This document shows positions 22,850-36,700 of a stretch of 64,000 nucleotides of DNA, one piece after another (the first letter of the stretch is position 1; each line of letters starts with the position of its first letter). Position numbers and translations under genes: made by a program. This DNA is from Macrostomum hystrix (Eukaryota; Animalia; Platyhelminthes), in NCBI GenBank assembly GCA_950097015.1, contig CATNEN010000001.1, positions 18,476,001 through 18,540,000 on the forward strand. Direction: 5' to 3'. The notes beneath the pieces were generated by a model. The model saw nothing but the letters and a program-made list of their open reading frames with translations. It was not told where the DNA came from and did no database searches.

Positions 22850-24602
22850 TTTCTCCCTTCCCTCACTCCCTTCATTCTCCCTTCCCTCACTCCCTCACTC
22901 CCTTCATTATCCCTTCCCTCACTCCCTTCATTCTCCCTTCCCTCACTCCCTCACTCCCTTCATTATCCCTTCCCTCACTCGCTTCATTATCCCTTCCCTC
23001 ACTCCCTTCATTCTCCCTTCCCTCACTCCCTTCATTATCCCTTCCCTCACTCGCTTCATTCTCCCTTCCTCACTCGCTTCATTCTCCCTTCCCTCACTCG
23101 CTTCATTCTCCCTTCCTCACTCGCTTCATTCTCCCTTCCCTCACTCGCTTCATTCTCCCTTCCCTCACTCGCTTCATTCTCCCTTCCCTCACTCGCTTCA
23201 TTCTCCCTTCCCTCACTCGCTTCATTCTCCCTTCCCTCACTCGCTTCATTCTCCCTTCCCTCACTCGCTTCATTCTCCCTTCCCTCACTCGCTTCATTCT
23301 CCCTTCCCTCACTCGCTTCATTCTCCCTTCCCTCACTCGCTTCATTCTCCCTTCCCTCACTCCCTTCATTCTCCCTTCCCTCACTCGCTTCATTCTCCCT
23401 TCCCTCACTCGCTTCATTCTCCCTTCCCTCACTCGCTTCATTCTCCCTTCCCTCACTCGCTTCATTCTCCCTTCCCTCACTCGCTTCATTCTCCCTTCCC
23501 TCACTCGCTTCATTCTCCCTTCCCTCACTCGCTTCATTCTCCCTTCCCTCACTCCCTTCATTCTCCCTTCCCTCACTCGCTTCATTCTCCCTTCCCTCAC
23601 TCCCTTCATTCTCCCTTCCCTCACTCCCTTCATTCTCCCTTCCCTCACTCGCTTCATTCTCCCTTCCCTCACTCCCTTCATTCTCCCTTCCCTCACTCCC
23701 TTCATTCTCCCTTCCCTCACTCGCTTCATTCTCCCTTCCCTCACTCGCTTCATTCTCCCTTCCCTCACTCGCTTCATTCTCCCTTCCCTCACTCGCTTCA
23801 TTCTCCCTTCCCTCACTCGCTTCATTCTCCCTTCCCTCACTCGCTTCATTCTCCCTTCCCTCACTCGCTTCATTCTCCCTTCCCTCACTCGCTTCATTCT
23901 CCCTTCCCTCACTCGCTTCATTCTCCCTTCCCTCACTCGCTTCATTCTCCCTTCCCTCACTCCCTTCATTCTCCCTTCCCTCACTCGCTTCATTCTCCCT
24001 TCCCTCACTCGCTTCATTCTCCCTTCCCTCACTCGCTTCATTCTCCCTTCCCTCACTCGCTTCATTCTCCCTTCCCTCACTCGCTTCATTCTCCCTTCCC
24101 TCACTCGCTTCATTCTCCCTTCCCTCACTCGCTTCATTCTCCCTTCCCTCACTCCCTTCATTCTCCCTTCCCTCACTCGCTTCATTCTCCCTTCCCTCAC
24201 TCCCTTCATTCTCCCTTCCCTCACTCCCTTCATTCTCCCTTCCCTCACTCGCTTCATTCTCCCTTCCCTCACTCCCTTCATTCTCCCTTCCCTCACTCCC
24301 TTCATTCTCCCTTCCCTCACTCGCTTCATTCTCCCTTCCCTCACTCGCTTCATTCTCCCTTCCCTCACTCCCTTCATTCTCCCTTCCCTCACTCGCTTCA
24401 TTCTCCCTTCCCTCACTCGCTTCATTCTCCCTTCCCTCACTCCCTTCATTCTCCCTTCCCTCACTCCCTTCATTCTCCCTTCCCTCACTCGCTTCATTCT
24501 CCCTTCCCTCACTCGCTTCATTCTCCCTTCCCTCACTCCCTTCATTCTCCCTTCCCTCACTCCCTTCATTCTCCCTTCCCTCACTCGCTTCATTCTCCCT
24601 TC
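22850..24602. repeat. 24-bp pyrimidine-rich minisatellite (about 70 copies)
   Basis: Unit ctcccttccctcactcgcttcatt. Confidence 0.97.
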
Positions 24603-25309
24603 TATATGATGTGAGTGAAATGGTTAGACTCCTATAATTTTGTATGTTTTGCAAAATAAATGAATAAACTGATTGATCTGCAATCTGCAATCAGTTGCCG
24701 GAACCCATTGAAGTACTATATTTGTACCAGCATTTTGTCTTGAAAAAAAAACAAAATACGAGTAGTTTTTTACTTTGAAATAGATTATTTAACGTATTCT
24801 AACGACATTTTTTCGTTAACATTGCGAAATTCCTCACCCGTGGTAGGTAAGGTAGCGAGCAGTTCTGGGACAGAATAATGTGACGCAACGTATCCTGACA
24901 CCTGGCTTCATTGGCTTTTCCTCTTTGCAAAAGAAGCCTTAGTTATCTGCTAGTGTGTGTGTACCTTCGAGTACTAGATGTTGCACAATGCTCTTAATTA
25001 AACTGGGTCTCTGTGCGGCGTCTCTGTCTCTCGGCGGGGCACCCATTGTCCCCACCTGTAATATAAGTGTGTTGTCACTGGGAGGCTGAAGTAGAACCTG
25101 ACGGAACATTGCGGCTTAACTTTGCTCTCAGATTCATTATAATCTCATCTACTGCGCTAACTATCTCTTTTCAGTTAATTAGCAAGTCCTTATGTATCTG
25201 ACTTACTGCTATTATAGTTTGCTGGTTGTCATGCGAAACATGACTTGACTATTGCCAGACAGGTGACATCATTTAGGTGCCCGTTCTTCCGAAATTCAGT
25301 TCAGACATT

Positions 25310-26526
25310 TATCAGCTGCTCCTTCAGGGATGTATCAGCTGCTCCTTCAGGGGTGTATCTGCTGTTCCTTCAGGGGTGTATCTGCTGTAACTTCAGGGGT
25401 GTATCTGCTGTAACTTCAGGGGTGTATCTGCTGTAACTTCAGGGATGTATCTGCTGTTCCTTCAGGGGTTTATCTGCTGTTCCTTCAGGGGTGTATCTGC
25501 TGTAACTTCAGGGGTGTATCTGCTGTTCCTTCGGGGGTGTATCTGCTGTAACTTCAGGGGTGTATCTGCTGTTCCTTCGGGGGTGTATCTGCTGTTCCTT
25601 CAGGGATGTATCTGCTGTTCCTTCAGGGATGTATCTGCTGTTCCTTCAGGGGTGTATCTGCTGCTCCTTCAGGGGTTTATCTGCTGTTCCTTCAGGGGTG
25701 TATCTGCTGTAACTTCAGGGATGTATCTGCTGTTCCTTCAGGGGTTTATCTGCTGTTCCTTCAGGGGTGTATCTGCTGTAACTTCAGGGGTGTATCTGCT
25801 GTTCCTTCGGGGGTGTATCTGCTGTAACTTCAGGGGTGTATCTGCTGTTCCTTCGGGGGTGTATCTGCTGTTCCTTCAGGGATGTATCTGCTGTTCCTTC
25901 AGGGATGTATCTGCTGTTCCTTCAGGGGTGTATCTGCTGCTCCTTCAGGGGTTTATCTGCTGTTCCTTCAGGGGTGTATCTGCTGTAACTTCAGGGATGT
26001 ATCTGCTGTTCCTTCAGGGGTTTATCTGCTGTTCCTTCAGGGGTGTATCTGCTGTAACTTCAGGGATGTATCTGCTGTTCCTTCAGGGGTGTATCTGCTG
26101 TTCCTTCAGGGGTGTATCAGCTGCTCCTTCAGGGATGTATCTGCTGTTCCTTCAGGGGTGTATCTGCTGTTCCTTCAGGGGTGTATCAGCTGCTCCTTCA
26201 GGGATGTATCTGCTGTTCCTTCAAGGGTGTATCTGCTGTTCCTTCGGGGGTGTATCTGCTGTTCTTTCAGGGGTGTATCTGCTGTTCCTTCAGGGGTGTA
26301 TCTGCTGTTCCTTCGGGGGTGTATCTGCTGTTCCTTCGGGGGTGTATCTGCTGTTCCTTCAGGGGTGTATCTGCTGTTCCTTCAGGGGTGTATCTGCTGT
26401 AACTTCAGGGATGTATCTGCTGTTCCTTCAGGGGTGTATCTGCTGTTCCTTTAGGGATGTATCTGCTGTTCCTTCAGGGATATATCCACTGTTCCTTCAG
26501 GGATATATCTACTGTTCCTTCAGGGA
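25310..26526. repeat. 23-bp minisatellite
   Basis: Unit gtatctgctgttccttcaggggt. Confidence 0.96.
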
Positions 26527-27012
26527 GCAGTACTGCTGCTGAGTTAGCACTGCTGCTCAGTCTTGCCTGAGTCTATACTCAGGCTCGACTTGCACCGGCC
26601 CATTCATCAATCAAGTTGACTGAATGTTGGAATTTCGTTTCCAAGTTGATTTCGCTATTTCATTTATATATTATATAGTAAACGCAGTGTGTGCTAAAGG
26701 AATTTAAAAAAATCTGCTATCTTTCTCCCACCCCACTGTCTCACTAACCTTCTCACTCTCTCTCTCCCTCCTCACCTCCTTTTTCGATCCTTCGCCAGCT
26801 CAAGCTGATTTGAGCCGCTTGACAGGGGAAGTGATTGGAGTCGCGATTCCGTGAGCATGAGCTGGGTGCACAGTTTGATAGATTGCCCGGCTGTTGCTGC
26901 TGCTTCTGCTGCCACTTGCTTGAGCTGCGGAGTGTCATAGTCCCGAAATTTCCAAGTCTGTCTTTCTTTTCTATGCGGCCTGCTTCTGTATGGACTGGCA
27001 AGTGCGTTGTCT

Positions 27013-28220
27013 GTGCCTCTCCCTTATCTCTCTCACTGTCTACCTCATGCCTCTCCCTTATCTCTCTCACTGTCTACCTCATGCCTCTCCCTTATCTCTC
27101 TCACTGTCTACCTCATGCCTCTCCCTTATCTCTCTCACTGTCTACCTCATGTCTCTCCCTTATCTCTCATTTTCTACCTCATGCCTCTCCCTTATCTCTC
27201 ACTGTCTACCTCATGTCTCTCCCTTATCTCTCTCACTGTCTACCTCATGCCTCTCCCTTATCTCACTGTCTACCTCATGTCTCTCCCTTATCTCTCTCAC
27301 TGTCTACCTCATGTCTCTCCCTTATCTCTCTCACTGTCTACCTCATGTCTCTCCTTTATCTCTCTCACTGTCTACCTCATGCCTCTTCCTTATCTCACTG
27401 TCTACCTCATGTCTCTCCCTTATCTCTCTCACTGTCTACCTCATGTCTCTCCCTTATCTCTCTCACTGTCTACCTCATGTCTCTCCCTTATCTCTCATTT
27501 TCTACCTCATGTCTCTACCTTATCTCTCTCACTGTCTACCTCATGTCTCTCCCTTATCTCTCTCACTGTCTACCTCATGCCTCTCCCTTATCTCACTGTC
27601 TACCTCATGTCTCTCCCTTATCTCTCTCACTGTCTACCTCATGTCTCTCCCTTATCTTCCTCTGTACCTCATGTCTCTCCCTTATCTTCTCCTGTCTACC
27701 CCATGTCTCTCCCTTATCTTCTCCTGTCTACCCCATGTCTCTCCCTTATCTCTCTCACTGTCTACCTCATGTCTCTCCCTTATCTCTCTCACTGTCTACC
27801 TCATGTCTCTCCCTTATCTCTCATTTTCTACCTCATGTCTCTACCTTATCTCTCTCACTGTCTACCTCATGTCTCTCCCTTATCTCTCTCACTGTCTACC
27901 TCATGCCTCTCCCTTATCTCACTGTCTACCTCATGTCTCTCCCTTATCTCTCTCACTGTCTACCTCATGTCTCTCCCTTATCTTCCTCTGTACCTCATGT
28001 CTCTCCCTTATCTTCTCCTGTCTACCCCATGTCTCTCCCTTATCTTCTCCTGTCTACCCCATGTCTCTCCCTTATCTCTCTCACTGTCTACTCCATGCCT
28101 CTCCCTTATCTTCCTCTGTCTAATCCATGCCTCTCCCTTATCTTCCTCTGTCTACTCCATGCCTCTCCCTTATCTTCCTCTGTCTACCTCATGCCTCTCT
28201 CTTATCTTCCTCTGTCTACG
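27013..28220. repeat. About 30-34 bp pyrimidine-rich minisatellite
   Basis: Unit ctcccttatctctctcactgtctacctcatgtct. Confidence 0.95.
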
Positions 28221-28889
28221 CCTCCAATTTTCGCCTTCAGTGTGAACTCTTGTCTCAACACGGTGCCTTCCTTCTCAGAGTCAGAAAAAATCTAAAAGAC
28301 TGAAAACTGATTAGAAATCCCGTTTGAATATCTGCTCCATCAAACTGCAGTAGGGAAGTTGTTTTCTTTATCTTGGCGCGCAAACTTCCTATTAAATTTC
28401 TCCCCCTACTCGTCCCGTTATATTGCCTCTTATGAGCGCACACGAGGGGATATGCTCAAAGTCTGTCAATTCGCTCGTCTCTTCTCCCAGACACCTATTA
28501 TCGAGTTTGTGACTGACGCCTGTCTGTCACACACTAAGGAGGCCTGCCTGAGTGAGAAAGTTTTCCGCTAATAGCCGCAAGAACTGGCACCCACTCCTGT
28601 GGGCCCGGGTATGGGAGCTTGACTCTTTGCCAGCCGGGGTCTCAATTTCTCCACCCCAAACCAGAGCCTAGCAATCTCGAGATTCTGACGCCCCTCCCGG
28701 AAAGCATCGCTTATAGAACGAGAGGGCCTCTTGTGGCTGTCTGTCTTACTGACTTGTCCAAAACGGAGCTCCGCAATAAACTATAGAACTGACACTGCGG
28801 GCTAATCTGCGTGCCAGTCAATGTTGAAATCCGTGACAGCCAATCGCAACGATAAAGGCAGGATTCGAATTTCAATTTGTACTAAACAA

Positions 28890-30140
28890 TCCCCAAGAAT
28901 GTCCCGAAAATCCCATCAAGAGTATCAGAAAAATCCCATCAAGAATATCCCTAAAATCCCATCAATAATGTCCTATAAACCCCATCAACAATATCTGTGA
29001 AATCCCATCAAGAATATCCCTAAAATCCCATCAAGAAAATCTCTGAAATCCCATCAAGAATATCCCATAGATCCCATCAAGAAAATATCCCTAAAATCCC
29101 ATCAAGAATGTCCCATAGATCCCATTAAGAAAATATCCCAAAAATCCCATCACGAAATTATCCGTAAAATCCTATCAAGAATATCTCATAAATCCCATCA
29201 ACAATATCCGTAAACTCCCATCAAGAGTATACCGAAAATCCCATTGAGAATATCCCTAAAATCCCATTAACAATATCCTGAAAATCCCATCAATAATATC
29301 CTGAAAAACCCATTGAGAATATCCCTAAAATCCCTTCAATAATATCCTGAAAATTCCATCAATAATATCCTGAAAAACCCATTGAGAATATCCCTAAAAT
29401 CCCATCAATAATATCCTGAAAATCCCATCAAGAATATCCTGAAAATCCCATCAAGAATATCCTGAAAATCCCATCAATAATATCCTGAAAATCCCATCAA
29501 TAATATCCTGAAAATCCCATCAAGAATATCCTGAAAATCCCATCAAAAATGTCCTGAAAATCCCATCAAGAATATCCTGAAAATCCCATCAAGAATATCC
29601 TGAAAATCCCATCAAGAATATCCTGAAAATCCCATCAAGAATATCCTGAAAATCCCATCATTAATATCCTGAAAATCCCATCAAGAATATCCTGAAAATC
29701 CCATCATTAATATCCTGAAAATCCCATCAATAATATCCTGAAAATCCCATCATTAATATCCTGAAAATCCCATCAAGAATATCCTGAAAATCCCATCATT
29801 AATATCCTGAAAATCCCATCATTAATATCCTGAAAATCCCATCAATAATATCCTGAAAATCCCATCATTAATATCCTGAAAATCCCATCAATAATATCCT
29901 GAAAATCCCATCATTAATATCCTGAAAATCCCATCAATAATATCCTGAAAATCCCATCAATAATATCCTGAAAATCCCATCAATAATATCCTGAAAATCC
30001 CATCATTAATATCCTGAAAATCCCATCAATAATATCCTGAAAATCCCATCAAGAATATCCTGAAAATCCCATCAAGAATATCCTGAAAATCCCATCAATA
30101 ATATCAAGAAAATCCCATCATTAATATCCTGAAAATCCCT
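28890..30140. repeat. 23-bp minisatellite
   Basis: Unit aatatcctgaaaatcccatcaag. Confidence 0.95.
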
Positions 30141-31049
30141 TTAAAATGTCCCAAAAGGCCCGAAAAAAAATCTCAATTATTCTAAGAAATTATTCAAAAC
30201 TTACTTTAGAAAAATCTGAACAGAGATCTCCCACGGATTTGATCATACAAATCCCATCAAGAATACATCCCAAATATCCCCATCTGGAATCGAAATCCTA
30301 AAACAATTCATTTGTATCTGAACGGACATTGTCCAAAATTTCTAGCAAGTCTACAAACTGGCTCACACTGAAAAAAAACGGCAGGACAAAAGTTTAACAT
30401 TCTGAGACACGCAGGATTCAACAAGGCGGACACAAATCAGTGTCCATTCCAAGGACCAGCAGCTCCCGACAATCGACTGTAGCGAAGGGTGGCCATTTAT
30501 GGGACAATTACGATGCTCGCGCTGTGACTAAATAGACCAATTTTCGTGGGCAGGGCTAGAACGGTGGGTAGGCCCATCTGGGACTTAATGATCCGAAACA
30601 ACTCGAGATTTTCGAGCGAAAATAAATGATTTTACAGGGGCCGCCAAAGCCAAAGCAATACAGCCTCGCTTCTTTGATGTTTCCAACTGACTGTAACTTA
30701 CTTTTCAATCAAATTCGTTTCGTTTCGTTTCGCTACAATCTTGATTGTTTTCATCGGTAGAGCAATTCTGGTCAGGTAGGAGGAAATTATCATTTTCAGC
30801 CGGGCGCCGGACTAATTTGACGTTGATTTCGGCAATTTGCGGAAATCAATTGGAGAATACGTTCGCCGGGAAAAATTATGATTTTTTGCTTCTAAAATAG
30901 AGGCGGCAATTTTGCTGCCGGCGTTTGCCACCTGTGCCCATGATTTCTGTCAACAACTCCTGAAACTCATATGATTGCGCCTCAGCTACCTGTCCGCCAA
31001 CTAGCTCTCTGCCGCACCTTCTCCCACCTTTTATATTCCATCTTCTGTC

Positions 31050-31800
31050 TCGTCTTATCTATCAATCTCATCTATCCCATCTATCTACCTCATCAACTCT
31101 CATCTATTAACCCCATCTACTCTCACCAATCTACCCCATCTACTCTCATCTATCAGCTCCATCTACTCGCATCTATCAACCCCATCTACTCTCATCTATC
31201 AGCTCCATCTACTCTCATCTATCAGCTCCATCTACTCTCATCTATCAGCTCCATCTACTCTCATCTATCAACCCCATCTACTCTCACCAATCTACCCCAT
31301 CTACTCTCATCTATCTACTCCATCTACTCTCATCTATCTACCCCATATACTCTCATCTATCTACCCCATCAACTATAATTTATCTACCCCATCTACTCTC
31401 ATTTATCAACTCCATCTACTCTAATCTATCTACTCCATCTACTCTCGTCTATCTACCCCATCTACTCTCATCTATCTACCCCATCTACTCTCATCTATAT
31501 ACCCCATCTACGTATCTATCTACCCATCTACTCTCATCTATCTATCCCATCTACTGTCATCTATCTACTCCACCTACTCTCATCTATCTACCCCATCTAC
31601 TGTAATTTATCTACCCCATCTACTCTCATCTATCTACCCCATCTACTGTCATCTATCTATACCTTTATTACCATATTTCTACTTCTTTTACTATCTCATT
31701 TCTACCTATCTACTGTTTCATCTCTACCCTATCTACTGTTTCATCTCTACCCTATCTACTGTTTCATCTCTACCCTATCTACTGTTTTATTTCTATCCAT
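31050..31800. repeat. 23-bp degenerate minisatellite (second small array at 32750-32900)
   Basis: Unit ctactctcatctatcaaccccat. Confidence 0.9.
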
Positions 31801-32913
31801 CGTAGTTTCATCCTTAGTTTTCTCGAATAGCATATATAAAAATATTTCACCGACCCTCCGTTAAAAAAGCAATGTTCAACAGGCAAGCAGAAATTTTAAA
31901 AGTAACGAAACGAAATTGAATGCTCCTTAGAGTTTCACACAAACAATTTGCACGCTTTAACGACTCTGAACAAAATCCCAGTGGGAAAATGGACTTGGTT
32001 TGGGAAGGGGAACATTGCTGAGAGGGCGATTGCCCCCGCTACGGATCCTTCTGGGTGAGAGAAGAAATTTTGCAGTCAAGGCTAAAAACTCGTTGCGGTA
32101 GGTCTTGATCCAGTAATTTAACACATTTCACACCTTGCAGGCCCAGGCAGCAACTGTATTTCCTCTGCTAATATTTTTCTGTTGTTAGAAAAGCGCGGGA
32201 GTGTCTATGAAGCCGATGCGCATTGAACATATTTTGCTAGTTTTTTGTCGTGTTTTTTCACTCTCTTCAAAATCGCGGTGTCTTTTTTAAATTCTGGAAC
32301 ACCCACGTGTGTGGCCTGCCTGCAACAACAACAATGGGTGGTGCGGTGACGCATAGTAGGGCCCGTTTTCAAACAAATAAATAATAAAAATGTTTGCTGG
32401 CAGCAAGAAGCAGCTTAGCCCTGTGTGCCAGCATTTTAATGACAGTTATTTTGCAGCTGTGACAGGTGTTTTAGCGAGGCAAATGAAAGGAATTTGAAAA
32501 TTTACGTTTCATGATTTGCCGTTTTTTAAAGTGATTCGCTAAAAAGCACTTAGCGATGACCACTTGAAGGCCCACTAAAGGCAGGAATGACATCAAATGA
32601 CTTTGTTTTAACCGCACCTACTTAGTTCCCATTTATTATGGGATATATTGGCTTCACGTCATCCTTGGTACACCTGCATCAACATAAAAATGACACCTAT
32701 GAGGCCGCAGGACCTCCCACCATTTATGTTCTATCTTCTAAATACTGTCTCCTCTCATCTATTAACCCCATCTACTCTCATCTATCAGCCCCATCTACTC
32801 TCATCTATCAACCCCATCTACTCTCATCTATCAGCCCCATCTACTCTCATCTATCAACCCCATCTACTCTCACCAATCTACCCCATCTACTCTTATCTAT
32901 CTGCCGTATCTAG

Positions 32914-33238
32914 AGGGTGAGTGGCAGTGCGGTCTATCGCGTTTGCCTCTCGCACCAAGGTCCCTGAGTTCGATTCCGTGGCGAGGCCACATTAATTTAG
33001 GGCGCAGCCGCGGAGAGAAGGCTTGGGGGCTTGTCGTGCAATCTACGCCCTTGAGGGCCAACCTCCAAGGCACAGTGAGAGTGTACACTGCCTGACGTTG
33101 AGAAAGTCAGGGCAGGTGTACACACCTGTGTGCGTGTGTGCTCAGGAGTCAGCGAAATGGGCAGAATTGCCTCCTCAATGGCTGCGGGTCTAGTGTCACC
33201 AAATGATGTGCCATTGCCCGCAGCCCTCCTTGTAATTA
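32914..33238 (+). mobile_element. SINE family A, near full length
   Basis: A box tggcagtgcgg, B box gttcgattcc, conserved body, 3' stem-loop and AT tail. Confidence 0.82.
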
Positions 33239-33753
33239 TATATCTACTGTATCTATCTGAGCCAGTGGCACAGCCGCGGCTATTGCACAGCACATCCAAA
33301 GACGTACGGCTGTTCAGTCCGTGGACAGGTAATATGGGGTGCCACACCTACTCAAACTGCCACCCTACGCCTCCGCCTAGCGTCTAAAAATTGTCTCGTA
33401 CAGCTGGGGAAGACGTGTCAACACTCACCATTTCGGGAAGTTTGTAACGCGACAAATTTAAAAGGGCCAGTTGCGCCATCCAGTGTCCTGGGCGCCCTCT
33501 ACCGAACCGGAAAGACACGCGGGTCCAACTTGCATTCTGGGCGACCTCGCGCGCTCGGCCAATGAGGTTGCGACTCTCCGGTCGCTGACCGCCCACCCCG
33601 CGCCCATTACCCCATTGCTAATATAGAAAGGAAAAATCAACTGGGAGACAGGAAGACGACAGACACGTTGCATAGAAGAAACACGACTCGACACATTTTA
33701 TTGAAGAAAAAGAAACTACAGGTGACAGTAAATTATCCCCTCCAAGTGATAAT

Positions 33754-36700
33754 ATGGGAATATTGCCTCACATACCGCCGTCTGATGTGCTGGTCCTGAG
33801 CTGTCCAGTCTGCCCATTCGTCAGTCATCACCTGGACCTCCTGGAGAGTCACTACGCAGCCAAGCACGAATCTGGAGGCTCCGAGAGCGCCAGCAGCAGC
33901 CTGCTGCAGTCGGATGACGAGTCGCCATCGCAGCCAGCCTCGCCAACCGCCGAAGCCGGCATGTTTGTGCTGTACCGCTGCCGCCAGTGCAGCAAAGTCA
34001 GCAACTGCTGCCAGTTCCTCCTGGAGCATCAACAGCTGGAACATCCTGGCCAACCGTCGGACATGGAGACCGTCTTCCGCGGCTTCCTGAAGGCGGCCAC
34101 GTCAGCAGCCGCGGACCAGTCTTCGGCAGTGTCAGTTGGCAGCGAGCTGCTCGGTTCGGCTGTCTGCCTGTTCTGCGACTACAAGGCGGTGAGCATCGAC
34201 GACCTGCGGCAGCATCTAGAAATGCATGGCCTCAGAAACTTGCACCAGTCACTGGGCATTGGCGGACAGGTGAGCTGCCTTCCATAAAGCTGTGCCCTTT
34301 TTGTCCTCTGATTCTGCCCCTCTCTGCCCCTTCTCCCTCTCCTGTCCCTTCATTCCCCCCTCTCCAGCCCCTGTCCCTTCATTCTCCCCCTCTCCAGCCC
34401 CTGTCCCTTCATTCCCCCCCTCTCCAGCCCTGTCCCTTGATTCTCCCCCTCTCCAGCCCTGTCCCTTGATTCTCCCCCTCTCCAGCCCCTGTCCCTTCAT
34501 TCTCCCCCTCTCCAGCCCTGACCCTTCATTCTCCCCCTCTCCAGCCCTGTCCCTTGATTCTCCCCCTCTCCAGCCCTGTCCCTTGATTCTCCCCCTCTCC
34601 TTTCCCTGTCCCTTCATTCTCCCCCTCTCCAGCCCTGACCCTTCATTCTCCCCCTCTCCAGCCCTGTCCCTTCATTCTCCCCCTCTCCAACCCTGTCCCT
34701 TCATTCTCCCCCTCTCCAGCCCTGTCCCTTCATTCTCCCCCTCTCCTTTCCCTGTCCCTTCATTCTCCCCCTCTCCAGCCCTGACCCTTCATTCTCCCCC
34801 TCTCCAGCCCTGACCCTTCATTCTCCCCCTCTCCAGCCCTGTCCCTTGATTCTCCCCCTCTCCAGCCCTGTCCCTTCATTCTCCCCCTCTCCAGCCCTGT
34901 CCCTTGATTCTCCCCCTCTCCAGCCCTGTCCCTTCATTCTCCCCCTCTCCAGCCCTGACCCTTCATTCTCTCCCACTCCAGCCCTGACCCTTCATTCTCC
35001 CCCTCTCCAGCCCTGTCCCTTCATTCTCCCCTCTCTTTCTTTCTATCTCTATCTCTCCGTTAGCAATTCATTCATCCCCTGTGTCTCTCCGTGCTGTGAT
35101 CACTGCTGCTGAGGTCAGTGTGTGCGTCGCTACACTCAACAGTCGAATGATTATCCCAGACAAATGCCTGACTTTGCGGCTGCAATATGTATTTGGTTAT
35201 TGAAGAATCGTGTGGGGTACTTAGCCTCAAGAAATTGAATGCCTCCTGTCCCTGTCTCCCTCTCGCTTTCCTTTAAACTCTCTTTTGAGTCACCAGGCCA
35301 GATGAAAATGCTCTCGGGCGGGCTAATCTCGCTACAATGCTTCATTTTCTTGATTTCGGTCTGCTCTGTTTTAATTTTGGAACAGTATCATCGGTCACTG
35401 ATAGACTGCCTTTGTCGGAACTGTTTCATATGCCTTTCCCTCGCTGATCTCTCCTTTCTTCAACAGAAGAGAGAGCGGGGGTTTGAAGTCGGCTTTGAGA
35501 ACGCGGTGTAAGCCTTGTGATTGTCTGACAACTGGGGCTTCAAGTTTTTATTCGACAGAAACTCAAAATGAGCTAGAAAAGCATTGAATAGCCCAGCTTT
35601 ACTGTAGGGTGAGTTCTCTGGATTCAGAGCTCACCTACCGCCCCCCACTCATTGAAGAGTTAATCGCTTAAATGCTTTTCTCACGACGTGCTTCTTCAAA
35701 GCCATCCGACATTCGGGCCAACGGAACAATACCCCTGGTCTCCTGGCCTTCCGTTCTCAAGTTTAAAGTAGAAATTTAGTACCTGTTTTCTTGGCCTTTC
35801 CCAGAAACGAAATCAATCTGGTTGACTGACTCCTGGCTTCTTATAATTACACTAATTAACAGGTGGTGTGTAAACAGGCTTCAACAAATTGTTACATTCT
35901 TTAGAACAATAAAGTGAGCCGCTGACTTACTTTCTCGGCGCGATAGCAGCGAAAACTGCGGCCCAGATTACATTCTGAGAATTTGAAGAGAATATTTTTA
36001 ATGCGGTGGGCCAAAGCGCCCATGGGGATAACAGCTTTGGCACCTGAAGGACCTGTTGGGATAACAGCTTTGGCACCTGAAGGACCCGCGGAGATAACAG
36101 CTTTGGCACCTGAAGGACCCGTTGGGAGAACAGCTTTGGCACCTGAAGGACCCGTTGGGAGAACAGCTTTGGCACCTGAAGGACCCGTTGGGAGAACAGC
36201 TTTGGCACCTGAAGGACCTGTTGGGAGAACAGCTTTGCTTTGGCACCTGAAGGACCCGTTGGGAGAACAGCTTTGGCACCTGAAGGACCTGTTGGGAGAA
36301 CAGCTTTGGCACCTGAAGGACCCGTTGGGAGAACAGCTTTGGCACCTGAAGGACCCGTTGGGAGAACAGCTTTGGCACCAGAAGGACCCGCGGGGATAAC
36401 AGCTTTGGCACCTGAAGGACCCGCGGGGATAACAGCTTTGGCACCTGAAGGACCCGTTGGGAGAACAGCTTTGGCACCTGAAGGACCCGCGGGGATAACA
36501 GCTTTGGCACCTGAAGGACCCGTTGGGAGAACAGCTTTGGCACCTGAAGGACCCGTTGGGAGAACAGCTTTGGCACCTGAAGGACCCGTTGGGATAACAG
36601 CTTTGGCACCTGAAGGACCCGTTGGGAGAACAGCTTTGGCACCTGAAGGACCCGTTGGGAGAACAGCTTTGGCACCTGAAGGACCCGCGGGGATAACAGC

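Noticed and set aside
22810-24690. Long 500-600 aa ORFs in several frames (also at 7.9-9.1, 11.2-11.9, 13.4-14.4, 25.4-28.3, 36-37, 43.3-44.8 and 58-61 kb)
   Set aside because: Translations of stop-free minisatellite units; open on both strands and in multiple frames, without gene structure.
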